DNA of 62,917 nucleotides, filler included. It is 4 parts of 4 records of this genome, joined end to end, with 100 filler letters (N's around TTAATTAATTAA, not from the genome) between each part and the next. Parts side by side here need not be neighbours in the genome. Positions count along the whole stretch, not along the records: positions 1 to 18,470 come from SRR20825006_1736; 3 more parts are not named here. One strand, written 5' to 3'. How positions within the stretch are numbered: the first letter of the stretch is position 1; every line of letters starts with the position of its first letter. This document shows, piece after piece, positions 1 to 9,138 of the stretch. Below the pieces are notes generated by a model. That model saw only the letters and a list, made by a program, of their open reading frames with translations, had not been told where the DNA came from and did no database searches. The translations under genes were made by a program, and so were the position numbers.

Positions 1-316
1 CAGTAGGCAGTCTTCAGTTTGCAGTAAGTTTATGGTTTACTACAAATTCGAAAAAGAGTTAGAATGCATCTATACTCTTTGCTCTTTATTCTTATCTCCT
101 GAATCCCAACTTCTTTCTCTATTCTTATTTCATCTTAATACTTTGTACTAAGTACTTAATACTATTTAGCCATTCGTGTATTTGTGGCAGAACAACTTAA
201 CAATGAAACAAAAAGATGTTAATATGATTAAAAATGAAGCTTTTTAATTATTAAAACCGCAAATAAGTTTCTTTAAATATTATATATTCGCAATCTAACT
301 TAAACTATTATTTGGC

Positions 317-1900
317 ATGGCAATACTTTCCTTTGTAGGATTTACGCTTCTTGTGGCAATAATCGCATATTTTGCTACAAAAAAAACAAACGAAAGCTCA
401 TCAGATGGATACTTTCTTGGAGGTCGGAGTTTAACAGCAGGAGTAGTAGCAGGCTCCTTATTATTAACAAATTTATCTACCGAACAGATAGTTGGTCTTA
501 ACGGACAGGCATATTCAGAAGGAATTCTAGTAATGGCTTGGGAAACTTTAGCAGCTATTGCAATGGTAATTACTGCTATTTACTTACTACCACGTTATTT
601 AAAAGGCGGACTAACAACGGTTCCTCAATTTTTAGAAACACGTTACGACAAAGGGACTAAAACAATAGCTTCAGGACTCTTTTTATTAGGGTATGTTGTT
701 ATTTTTTTACCAATTGTTTTATACTCTGGTTCTTTAGCAATTTCAACTATGTTCAACATCCCAGAAATGCTAGGCGTTTCGCTTAATACTTCTATTTGGA
801 TTTGTGTATGGGGAATTGGAATTATAGGCTCTATATACGCTATTTTTGGAGGTTTAAAAGCAGTAGCAGTTTCAGATACAGTAAATGCTGTGGGGCTTCT
901 AATAGGAGGTTTAATGATTCCTGTTTTTGGATTAATGATGATTGGAGATGGTTCCATGACGGAAGGGATTACAACCCTAATGCGAGAGGCTCCAGAGAAA
1001 TTCAAATCTATGGGAGATAGCTCAAGTTCTGTGCCTTTTAGTACTATTTTTACAGGTTTAATGCTTGTACAAATGTTCTATTGGGGAACAAATCAAGCTA
1101 TTATTCAACGTGCACTTGCTGCAAAAAACCTGAAAGAAGGTCAAAAAGGACTGTTATTGGCTGCTTTTATTAAAATATTAGGGCCGCTTATTGTTGTGCT
1201 TCCTGGTATTATTGCTTTTTATATTTTTGGTCCAGATTTGGAAACTCCAGATCAGGCGTATCCTTTATTGGTTAATAAAGTTCTTCCTACAGCTTTAATT
1301 GGATTCTTTGCTGCAGTACTTTTTGGAGCTATATTAAGTTCGTTTAACAGTGCTTTAAATAGTTCTGTAACCTTATTTAGTATTGATTTTTACAAGGAAT
1401 ATATCAATAAAGATGCTTCTGAAATTACCGTTATTAAAAATGGAAAGTATTTCGGGATTGTATTGGCAATTGCAGCAATGCTTATTGCTCCTTTTATTGC
1501 AAATGCTCCAAATGGATTGTTTGGATACCTACAAGAAGTTAATGGGTGTTATAGTATTCCAATCTTAACAATTATTGCGGTTGGATACGCTACAAAACGT
1601 GTTCCAGCCCTCGCTGCCAAAGTGGGAATTGCTTCTGGAGTATTACTGTATATTGTATATCTATTATTGAAGTATTTTGTTGTAGGAGAAGACAATATGC
1701 CGCATTACCTTCATGTAATGGCAATATTATTTGTTATCAATATCCTTATCATGTTGATTATTGGTAAAGTTGCGCCAAGGGAAACAGATTTTGAATTAGA
1801 ATACACTCAAAAAGTAAGTATTGAACCTTATAAATTCTTAGTGCCTGTAGGAATTACAATATGTGTTATTGTAATAGGAATTTATATGTACTTCGCATAG
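317..1900 (+). CDS. Solute:sodium symporter (SSS family), sugar/polyol-type
   Basis: 527 aa polytopic membrane protein; GYFLGGRSL, LSTEQIVGLNG, YWGTNQAIIQRALAAK SSF motifs. Confidence 0.9.
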   Translation: MAILSFVGFTLLVAIIAYFATKKTNESSSDGYFLGGRSLTAGVVAGSLLLTNLSTEQIVGLNGQAYSEGILVMAWETLAAIAMVITAIYLLPRYLKGGLTTVPQFLETRYDKGTKTIASGLFLLGYVVIFLPIVLYSGSLAISTMFNIPEMLGVSLNTSIWICVWGIGIIGSIYAIFGGLKAVAVSDTVNAVGLLIGGLMIPVFGLMMIGDGSMTEGITTLMREAPEKFKSMGDSSSSVPFSTIFTGLMLVQMFYWGTNQAIIQRALAAKNLKEGQKGLLLAAFIKILGPLIVVLPGIIAFYIFGPDLETPDQAYPLLVNKVLPTALIGFFAAVLFGAILSSFNSALNSSVTLFSIDFYKEYINKDASEITVIKNGKYFGIVLAIAAMLIAPFIANAPNGLFGYLQEVNGCYSIPILTIIAVGYATKRVPALAAKVGIASGVLLYIVYLLLKYFVVGEDNMPHYLHVMAILFVINILIMLIIGKVAPRETDFELEYTQKVSIEPYKFLVPVGITICVIVIGIYMYFA

Positions 1901-1933
1901 ATTATAGATATATAAAACTTTATAAATTATTAT

Positions 1934-1964
1934 AATAAGCTCCATTTTGGAGCTTATTTTTTTT
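1934..1964 (+). terminator. Intrinsic terminator after the SSS gene
   Basis: AATAAGCTCCA-ttt-TGGAGCTTATT hairpin followed by T run. Confidence 0.7.
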
Positions 1965-1995
1965 ACTATATTTATAAATGTAAATAAAGTATGAC

Positions 1996-3531
1996 ATGTT
2001 GAGAAAAGTTTTCGGTAGCTCAGTATTTGGAATTGAAGCCACAACAATAACTGTAGAAGTTAATATAGGGCAGGGGATAGGTTATCATTTGGTAGGGCTA
2101 CCAGATAATGCAATTAAAGAGAGTAATTATAGAATAGCTTCTGCACTTCAATTTAATGGCTTTAAAATTCCGGGTAAAAAAATTACTATAAACATGGCGC
2201 CTGCAGATATGCGTAAGGAAGGTTCTGCATACGATTTAACCTTGGCTATAGGAATATTAACGGCTTCAGAGCAAATAAAAGCAACGGGTTTAGAAGAGTA
2301 TATAATTATGGGAGAGCTGTCTTTAGATGGGACGCTCCAACCCATAAAAGGGGCTTTACCAATTGCTATAAAAGCTAAGGAAGAAGGCTTTAAGGGGTTT
2401 ATTTTACCAGATGAAAACGCTAAAGAAGCGGCAATAGTAGCAGGAATAAATGTATTTGGTGTAAAAGATATTAAAGAAGTAATTGCATTTTTTGATGAAG
2501 AAATTCCGCTGGAGCAGACCATTGTAGATATTAAAGAAGAATTTTCAAAAGCATTAGATTTTCCTGAGTTTGATTTTGCTGATGTAAAAGGACAAGAAAG
2601 TATTAAGCGAAGTATGGAAATAGCGGCAGCAGGGGGACATAATATTATTTTAATTGGACCTCCAGGTTCTGGAAAGACGATGTTAGCAAAACGTCTGCCT
2701 TCTATTTTACCGCCTATGACGTTGCATGAAGCTTTAGAAACTACTAAAATTCATTCCGTAACTGGGCGGACTATTAATTCGGGGATTATGAATTACCGTC
2801 CTTTTAGGAGTCCACACCATACTATTTCTGATGTTGCCCTTGTTGGTGGTGGTGCTTATCCGCAGCCTGGAGAGATTTCAATGGCTCATAATGGCGTTTT
2901 ATTTTTAGATGAATTACCCGAGTTTAAACGAAGTGTTTTAGAGGTAATGAGGCAGCCGTTGGAAGATAGAGAGGTAACCATTTCTAGAGCTAAATTTACA
3001 GTAACTTATCCGTCTAGCTTTATGCTAGTGGCTAGTATGAATCCAAGTCCTGGAGGGTATTTTAACGATCCAAATGCCCCAGTAACCTCCACTCCAGCAG
3101 AAATGCAACGGTATTTGAGCAAAATTTCTGGTCCGCTTTTAGATCGAATTGATATTCATATTGAAGTGACTCCTGTTCCTTTTGAAAAGCTTTCCGAAGA
3201 TAGAAAAGGAGAACGAAGCACAGTTATAAGAGAGCGAGTTACCAAAGCTAGAGAATTACAAACGCAACGTTTTAGGGAGTTACCAAACATACATTACAAT
3301 GCGCAAATGAATACAAAACAAATACGAGAGTATTGTAAACTCGAAGTTTCTTCGTTGGAGTTATTAAAAAAAGCAATGGAACGCTTAAACCTTTCCGCTA
3401 GAGCTTACGACCGTATTTTAAAAGTAGCTAGAACAATAGCCGATTTGGAGAATGAAACTTCTATCAATGGAAACCATATAAGCGAAGCCATTCAATATAG
3501 AAGCTTAGATAGAGAGGGGTGGTTAGGATAG
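1996..3531 (+). CDS. comM: YifB/ComM Mg-chelatase-like AAA+ ATPase
   Basis: VGLPDNAIKES, Walker A GPPGSGKT, RSPHHT, AHNGVLFLDE, LSARAYDRILKVARTIADL. Confidence 0.92.
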   Translation: MLRKVFGSSVFGIEATTITVEVNIGQGIGYHLVGLPDNAIKESNYRIASALQFNGFKIPGKKITINMAPADMRKEGSAYDLTLAIGILTASEQIKATGLEEYIIMGELSLDGTLQPIKGALPIAIKAKEEGFKGFILPDENAKEAAIVAGINVFGVKDIKEVIAFFDEEIPLEQTIVDIKEEFSKALDFPEFDFADVKGQESIKRSMEIAAAGGHNIILIGPPGSGKTMLAKRLPSILPPMTLHEALETTKIHSVTGRTINSGIMNYRPFRSPHHTISDVALVGGGAYPQPGEISMAHNGVLFLDELPEFKRSVLEVMRQPLEDREVTISRAKFTVTYPSSFMLVASMNPSPGGYFNDPNAPVTSTPAEMQRYLSKISGPLLDRIDIHIEVTPVPFEKLSEDRKGERSTVIRERVTKARELQTQRFRELPNIHYNAQMNTKQIREYCKLEVSSLELLKKAMERLNLSARAYDRILKVARTIADLENETSINGNHISEAIQYRSLDREGWLG

Positions 3532-3824
3532 TATCTAGTGTGGTTTTATAGATTCAAGACATGGATTAAATCCCTCATGTTGCTACTCTAAAATTTTAAA
3601 TCCCGATATTAAACTTACTTTTTTTGCTGAACTTACTAATAGTGCTTTAAGCAAGGAAATCAAAGATTTATTTGTGAATTAGTTACAAACAGAGCGGTTT
3701 AGTGAGATAAGGTTATTTTATAAATAATTTTCTAATTAAATTTAGTCATTCACAAAACTTACAGTATATTTATTCATAACGATTAGTACTTTTTAAAATC
3801 TTGTAATTAAAGGATTTGTAGAAA

Positions 3825-4553
3825 ATGGATGAAATTATCATTAATTGTGATTTAGGAGAAGGAATCGGGAATGAGGAACAGCTAATGCCTTACATCCAAT
3901 CCTGTAATATTGCTTGTGGGGGACATGCTGGAAATAGAGAAACCATAGAAAAGGTTGTGGAATTGGCAGTACAAAATAACGTTGCTATTGGTGCGCATCC
4001 TTCCTATCCTGATAAAGAAAATTTCGGGCGAGTATCGCTTTCTATTTCAGAAGAACAGCTTATTAATTCCATACAGCAACAACTAAACTTGTTCCAAGAG
4101 GTGTTGACTAAGAAAGGAGCTTCGCTACATCATATAAAACCTCATGGTGCATTATATAATGATATTGCTAAGGATGAAGATTTAGCAATGACTTTTTTAA
4201 AAGCGATTGGAGATTATAAAAATGAAATGGGAATTTACGTACCTTATAAAAGTAAGATTGCCAGAAAAGCCTTACAGGATGGATTCCGAATTTTCTATGA
4301 AGCTTTTGCAGACCGTGCTTATAATGATGATTTGTCGTTAGTAAGTAGAACGCTTCCTAATGCAATATTAACAAATAAAGAGGAAGTCTTAAAACAAGTG
4401 CTTCATATAGCAAAAAATGACAGTGTTGTTACTATCAATAATAAAATTGTAGCAACAGATGCTTCTACGTTTTGTGTACATTCAGATACTGAAAATGCAC
4501 AGGAGATTGTGGAATTTTTATATAATAACATACAAACAGCAACCATTGGATAA
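3825..4553 (+). CDS. pxpA: 5-oxoprolinase subunit A (LamB/YcsF)
   Basis: NCDLGEG, NIACGGHAG, GAHPSYPD, HIKPHGALYN, CVHSD. Confidence 0.92.
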   Translation: MDEIIINCDLGEGIGNEEQLMPYIQSCNIACGGHAGNRETIEKVVELAVQNNVAIGAHPSYPDKENFGRVSLSISEEQLINSIQQQLNLFQEVLTKKGASLHHIKPHGALYNDIAKDEDLAMTFLKAIGDYKNEMGIYVPYKSKIARKALQDGFRIFYEAFADRAYNDDLSLVSRTLPNAILTNKEEVLKQVLHIAKNDSVVTINNKIVATDASTFCVHSDTENAQEIVEFLYNNIQTATIG

Positions 4554-5280
4554 ATTCAAATTAGAATATCGGCAATACGGAAATAAAGCGTTGTTAATTG
4601 AATGGCCTCGAATGGTTAATGAAGCTATTTTAAATGATATTTTGAAGTTTAAAAACGCCATCCTTCAGGAAATAGATACTTTTGAGCTTATTCCTGCATA
4701 CAATTCTTTGACTTTAATTTCAACAACACCAATCGATTTTAAGTCGCTTACCTCACGCTTAAAGAAAGTGTACAAACAGAATTATACTTTTGAGAAAATT
4801 CAGAAAAAATTATGGCATATTCCAGTTTGTTATGATCTCGACTTCGGAATAGATTTAGAAGCTTTTTCCTTAGAAAAAAAGTTGAATATAGAAGAGATAA
4901 TTAAATTCCATTCCGAACCTTTATACACTATTTATTGTATTGGTTTTTTACCTGGCTTTATGTATTTAGGCGGACTTAATAAAACTCTTCATCATCCGAG
5001 AAGAGGAGTGCCTCGTTTGCAAATCCCGCAAGGTTCTGTAGGAATTGGAGGTGAGCAAACAGGGATTTATCCTCAAGAATCTCCTGGTGGATGGAATATT
5101 ATAGGGAATTCGCCTGTTAAAGTTTTTAATCCAAATAATGAAAATCCTTGTGGCGTTAGTGTAGGAGATAAAATTAAATTTTATCCTATTAATAAAGACG
5201 AGCACGAACTAATTACCATTCAAGTAGCTGCTGGAATTTTTCATTTAAAAACATATGAGTTAGATGATACAAATACATAA
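4546..5280 (+). CDS. pxpB: 5-oxoprolinase subunit B (KipI-like); probable TTG start at 4546
   Basis: IPVCY, IGFLPGFMYLGGL, GSVGIGGEQTGIYPQESPGGWNIIG; lies between pxpA and pxpC. Confidence 0.88.
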   Translation: MDKFKLEYRQYGNKALLIEWPRMVNEAILNDILKFKNAILQEIDTFELIPAYNSLTLISTTPIDFKSLTSRLKKVYKQNYTFEKIQKKLWHIPVCYDLDFGIDLEAFSLEKKLNIEEIIKFHSEPLYTIYCIGFLPGFMYLGGLNKTLHHPRRGVPRLQIPQGSVGIGGEQTGIYPQESPGGWNIIGNSPVKVFNPNNENPCGVSVGDKIKFYPINKDEHELITIQVAAGIFHLKTYELDDTNT

Positions 5281-6106
5281 ACCCGGGTTTTATTCTTCTA
5301 TTCAAGATTTAGGTCGGTTTGAATATCGAGATAAAGGGGTGCCTATTTCTGGTGTTATGGATATGATTTCTGCAAAATTTGCAAATAAACTTATTGGAAA
5401 TCCAGAAAAAGCGGCTGTTTTAGAAATAACGATGACGGGACCTGAATTAGAATTTAATGAAGAAACGCTTATAGCTATTAGTGGCGCTATTATCTCTCCA
5501 AAACTTAATGGAAATGATATCTATAATGACGAAGTTTATCATATAAAAAAAGGAGATATGATCTCTTTTGGGAAATTAAAAAATGGATTTCGTTGTTATT
5601 TAGCCGTTCAAGGCGGATTTAAAACCGAAACTGTTCTAGGAAGTAAATCGTGGTATGTTTCTTTAACCAACTATTCTCATTTGCAAAGGGGAAAAACATT
5701 GGAAATAGCTAAACGGAAAGAATATAAGGTAAAAGAACATTTACCAGGAATGAATCACGATTTTAATAATAAAGAATTGGAGGTTTACAAAGGTCCAGAA
5801 TTTAATTTACTGTCTAAAGACCAAGTAAACCAAGTGTTAAGCGGAATATTTAATGTTGCAAAGGAAAATAGCCGAATGGCATATCAATTAAAGCAACAGC
5901 TTTTTCCACATAAATATTCTATTTTAACCTCGTCAACCCTGCCAGGAACAGTTCAATTTACCCCTGCTGGAAAACTTATTATTTTAATGAAAGACGCACA
6001 AACAACTGGGGGATATCCTAGAATTTTACAGCTTACAGAAGAAGCTATAGCGCTGTTGGCGCAAAAACGTACAGATGAAGAAATTATTTTTTCATTAAAA
6101 GAGTGA
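5264..6106 (+). CDS. pxpC: 5-oxoprolinase subunit C (KipA-like)
   Basis: SIQDLGR, GVPISGVMD, LEITMTGP, DAQTTGGYPRI. Confidence 0.9.
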   Translation: MIQIHKPGFYSSIQDLGRFEYRDKGVPISGVMDMISAKFANKLIGNPEKAAVLEITMTGPELEFNEETLIAISGAIISPKLNGNDIYNDEVYHIKKGDMISFGKLKNGFRCYLAVQGGFKTETVLGSKSWYVSLTNYSHLQRGKTLEIAKRKEYKVKEHLPGMNHDFNNKELEVYKGPEFNLLSKDQVNQVLSGIFNVAKENSRMAYQLKQQLFPHKYSILTSSTLPGTVQFTPAGKLIILMKDAQTTGGYPRILQLTEEAIALLAQKRTDEEIIFSLKE

Positions 6107-6682
6107 TTTTTCTGAAGGAGAAATCTTTTCTTTTTGATGAATTTCTTCAGAAATTAAAATAATAATGTCGTTTTTACTCAAGGATTTAGAAACTAAAGTA
6201 GCTTTTTCCTTGAAACTATCATGGGTAAGAAAAAGTGTCCATAAACCGTTTGAAAAATCCGCAAAGTTTATTTTTTCTTGGTAATGAATCATATTACTGT
6301 CATAAGCCATACAAACCAATTCTTGAATAATTTTACGAGCCGTATTAATTTTGTTTTCTATAGGTTTTAAGGCGTTAGAAACAGTTTTTGTAATATTAGG
6401 AATTAAAGCGGATGCTTTGTCTAATTGAAACCTCTTTTGCGGAATACGTTGATCCAAAGCCCAACGTGAGGCTAATAATTCAATTCTATAGGTTGCTATA
6501 GCTGTAAATTCCGACAATTGGTTCCTTCGGAAGATATCTTCAATTTCATTTAAAAAACGGTATAATTCATCGGAAGCACTTAAATCGTCATTCTCAATTA
6601 AGTATTTAATTTTCCCTACAGAATGGGTGGTTTTGGAGTTTACACATTGGAAAACATCCAAATAAGAGGTAGTATGTGTCAT
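6095..6682 (-). CDS. Hypothetical helical protein (likely start MTHTTSY at 6682)
   Basis: ORF of about 195 aa co-oriented downstream of the muramidase; no recognised motif. Confidence 0.65.
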   Translation of the reverse strand: MTHTTSYLDVFQCVNSKTTHSVGKIKYLIENDDLSASDELYRFLNEIEDIFRRNQLSEFTAIATYRIELLASRWALDQRIPQKRFQLDKASALIPNITKTVSNALKPIENKINTARKIIQELVCMAYDSNMIHYQEKINFADFSNGLWTLFLTHDSFKEKATLVSKSLSKNDIIILISEEIHQKEKISPSEKSLF

Positions 6683-6791
6683 CTTGCTTTTTGTTTTTAG
6701 CAAAATAAAGAAAATATCCGCCAGTTAAAAGGGGAAAATACCTAGTTACGTTTTCGACCAAATGGGAGCTAAAAACGTTTATAAAAGGCAT

Positions 6792-7628
6792 TTAGCGCAA
6801 GTTAATATTTTTATATTTAAAGTATAGAAGCTTTAGTTGTTTGTCGTACTGATTACGTTTAAAAGAAGGGCCATTGTAGGCACGAGAAAAAGCTTCCCAT
6901 TGGTGATTTTTTAAGTAACCTATTAAATTATTTACCTCCAGAAATTTTCCAAAAGCTTTTAAATGTTCTCTTTCATGGGTTTGCATAGCCTCTACAAAAG
7001 CTGTTATAGATGGATATCCCAAAGATTTGTAATGATATCCCATTATTTGAAATGTTCCCCAAGAGGTTGCTGCGTGGGCACTTTCATAAAAAGCTGCATT
7101 AGCTTCTAGTGTTGCAGCAATTCTTAATCTATTGTATTCTCCTTCGCCACCAACATAATATTTTTTTGTCCACTTCTTGTAAAGTACATGTTTAGTATTT
7201 TCATTAACATACGGGGCTGGATCTATATTTCTTTTTACTAATTCTCTCCAAAAAACATGTCCTTCAAATAGTATTTTAGCTTTACCAGAAAGGAGAAAGC
7301 CTTTTCCGTTACTTTCAATCTCATTTATAGCTTTAACAGTAGCAAGTTCTATCTCAAACTTTTGTGCAAAATTAATTAAGTCTTTTTCAGAAAGTAGTTT
7401 GTCGGTATTATTAAAAAGCTCTCTTTCTATGCTTAATAATTTACTCCAAGTTTTTACTCCTACAATTCCATCTACAACTAAATCATTTTTTTGCTGAAAA
7501 TCTTTTACCGCATTATCGGTATCTTTTCCAAAGTAATTAGAAATATATATGGAGTATCCTAATTTAAAGAGAATTTGTTCTAAGAGATAAACTGCGGGGT
7601 CGGAAGATTTGTATTTGAGGACTTTCAT
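6792..7628 (-). CDS. Peptidoglycan-binding domain + N-acetylmuramidase (DUF3380-like)
   Basis: N-terminal FGKDTDNAVKDFQQKNDLVVDGIVGVKTW PG-binding domain; EIESNG, KILFEGHVF, SWGTFQIMGYHY, YNGP muramidase motifs; ATG at 7628. Confidence 0.88.
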   Translation of the reverse strand: MKVLKYKSSDPAVYLLEQILFKLGYSIYISNYFGKDTDNAVKDFQQKNDLVVDGIVGVKTWSKLLSIERELFNNTDKLLSEKDLINFAQKFEIELATVKAINEIESNGKGFLLSGKAKILFEGHVFWRELVKRNIDPAPYVNENTKHVLYKKWTKKYYVGGEGEYNRLRIAATLEANAAFYESAHAATSWGTFQIMGYHYKSLGYPSITAFVEAMQTHEREHLKAFGKFLEVNNLIGYLKNHQWEAFSRAYNGPSFKRNQYDKQLKLLYFKYKNINLR

Positions 7629-7846
7629 ATATGTTGTTTTTAATGAACACTTTAAGTTACTTATTTTAACTAGTATAATCAAAATAGTTTCTATTTAAAA
7701 ATGTCTTCAATAAGTAACGTTGTGCGAGGTTATAAGTATTTCATCAAAAAAATAAGGAAACCATCGGATATAAACGTTAAAATATATATTTTAGTGGACG
7801 AAAGAAAAATTTTTAACCTAAAACAAATAATTAAACCAACTACAAA

Positions 7847-8233
7847 ATGGCGAAAAAACCAAAAAAGTGTATTACACACAAAAAAGCGATAAAACTACAA
7901 GACAAGTACGCTAAAACTATTGAAAAAGCGCTTAAAAAAGAATTCGGAAAAGAATTTGCTAGTCAGTTTTGGTGGTCTTTAGAAGAGTTAGAAGAGTACA
8001 TTGCATATTTTAAACAAGAAGCAAAAGACAAAGGGTATAAAGACTTGGGGTTACGTTTTTCTTTAGGAAGATATAATGACGACGATAAAGAAGGAAATAT
8101 CTCTGGGTTTATTATGCCTACAGGTGTTAAAGACGTTCCTACTGTTGCAAAAAGCGCCAAAGCAGCTGCACCTGAAATGATTGAAGATGTAGATTCTTAT
8201 AATGATTCATCAATGGGATGGCCTCCTAATTAA
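7847..8233 (+). CDS. Small hypothetical protein, gene 1 of four-gene signalling cassette (copy 1)
   Basis: 128 aa; WWSLEELEEYI, DLGLRF, FIMPT and C-terminal NDSSMGWPPN match motifs in 28398..29105. Confidence 0.8.
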   Translation: MAKKPKKCITHKKAIKLQDKYAKTIEKALKKEFGKEFASQFWWSLEELEEYIAYFKQEAKDKGYKDLGLRFSLGRYNDDDKEGNISGFIMPTGVKDVPTVAKSAKAAAPEMIEDVDSYNDSSMGWPPN

Positions 8234-8256
8234 GTGGAGAAAATTAGTGAAGCTAT

Positions 8257-8976
8257 ATGTTATATTTACGAATTTTAATTTTTCTTTTTATTATAGCTGC
8301 TACTGTTATAGCAAGTATTACCTATAAAAAGTACCGAGATACCCCCAATCGGTACTTTTTGTATTTATTACTATTAACGTTAGGAACAGAATGTATAGGA
8401 TATAGTTATATCTATTTTCATTTTTTTCCTCAAACAACTTTCACCGTTTTTTTTAAGGGAATACTTCCAGAAGTAATTTCAGAACAAAATTATTGGGCAT
8501 TTAATATATTTCGAATAATTACCTTTTATCTTTATTTATACTATTTTTTAAGATTGTTAAAAAAGTTTAAGCATAGGCGGTATATCTATGTTATATTATT
8601 AATTTATACTGTTTTTGTGATATTAGATTTAACTTTAAGGAGTGAAGGTTTCTTTTCTAAAAGCTTAATGTGGGTTCGTATTTCAGGGACTTTATCGATC
8701 TTATTGGCTACCACCTTTTATTTTAATGAGATTTTTGATTCCGATAAAATTTTAAACATCTATAAAGAACTTTCTTTTTGGCTTATAATAGGCTCTCTTT
8801 TTTATTATTTAGTAACAGTACCTATAACTATTTTCACTAGGCTTTTTTACAATTTCCAAGGAATTTATGTTTCTATATTACTGCTTTCTAACATAGTGCT
8901 TTATGGCTGCTTTATTATTGGTTTTGTAGTGAATGCAAAAAAAAGTGTTTTAGAAAGGGGAAAAGCCCCCTATTAA
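8257..8976 (+). CDS. Stand-alone ~7-TM membrane protein (putative receptor), cassette copy 1
   Basis: Seven hydrophobic segments by eye; homologous to 29118..29765. Confidence 0.8.
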   Translation: MLYLRILIFLFIIAATVIASITYKKYRDTPNRYFLYLLLLTLGTECIGYSYIYFHFFPQTTFTVFFKGILPEVISEQNYWAFNIFRIITFYLYLYYFLRLLKKFKHRRYIYVILLIYTVFVILDLTLRSEGFFSKSLMWVRISGTLSILLATTFYFNEIFDSDKILNIYKELSFWLIIGSLFYYLVTVPITIFTRLFYNFQGIYVSILLLSNIVLYGCFIIGFVVNAKKSVLERGKAPY

Positions 8977-9073
8977 TGGAAGGTGTAAAATTTAAATTTG
9001 TCAGCAAATGTTTTATTTATAACAATTATTTAATGTTATTTATAAACAGAGAGAGAATCCTAAATTAAACTAT

Positions 9074-9099
9074 AATCAACTACCTCGAGGTAGTTGATT
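9074..9099. repeat. Perfect 26-bp palindrome AATCAACTACCTC|GAGGTAGTTGATT
   Basis: Sequence equals its own reverse complement; intergenic between 7-TM gene and kinase. Confidence 0.9.
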
Positions 9100-9138
9100 T
9101 ATCGAGGAATTAAATATTAGAAAAACTTATCCTAATTA

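Noticed and set aside
1-200. Low-complexity repeats (cagtaggcagtcttcagt, ttaatact/atact) at the window start, similar at 15622-15650
   Set aside because: Short degenerate intergenic repeats; no element boundaries or coding support.
6792-7628. Prophage remnant suggested by the endolysin-like gene
   Set aside because: No holin, structural, terminase or integrase genes and no att-like repeats seen.
7701-7892. 63-aa ORF overlapping the start of cassette gene 1
   Set aside because: Lys/Ile-rich translation of an AT-rich promoter region; no counterpart in copy 2.
8257-8976. Microbial rhodopsin or AgrB assignment for the 7-TM protein
   Set aside because: No TM7 retinal-binding Lys and no recognisable AgrB catalytic motif; the regulator is NarL-type, not LytTR.
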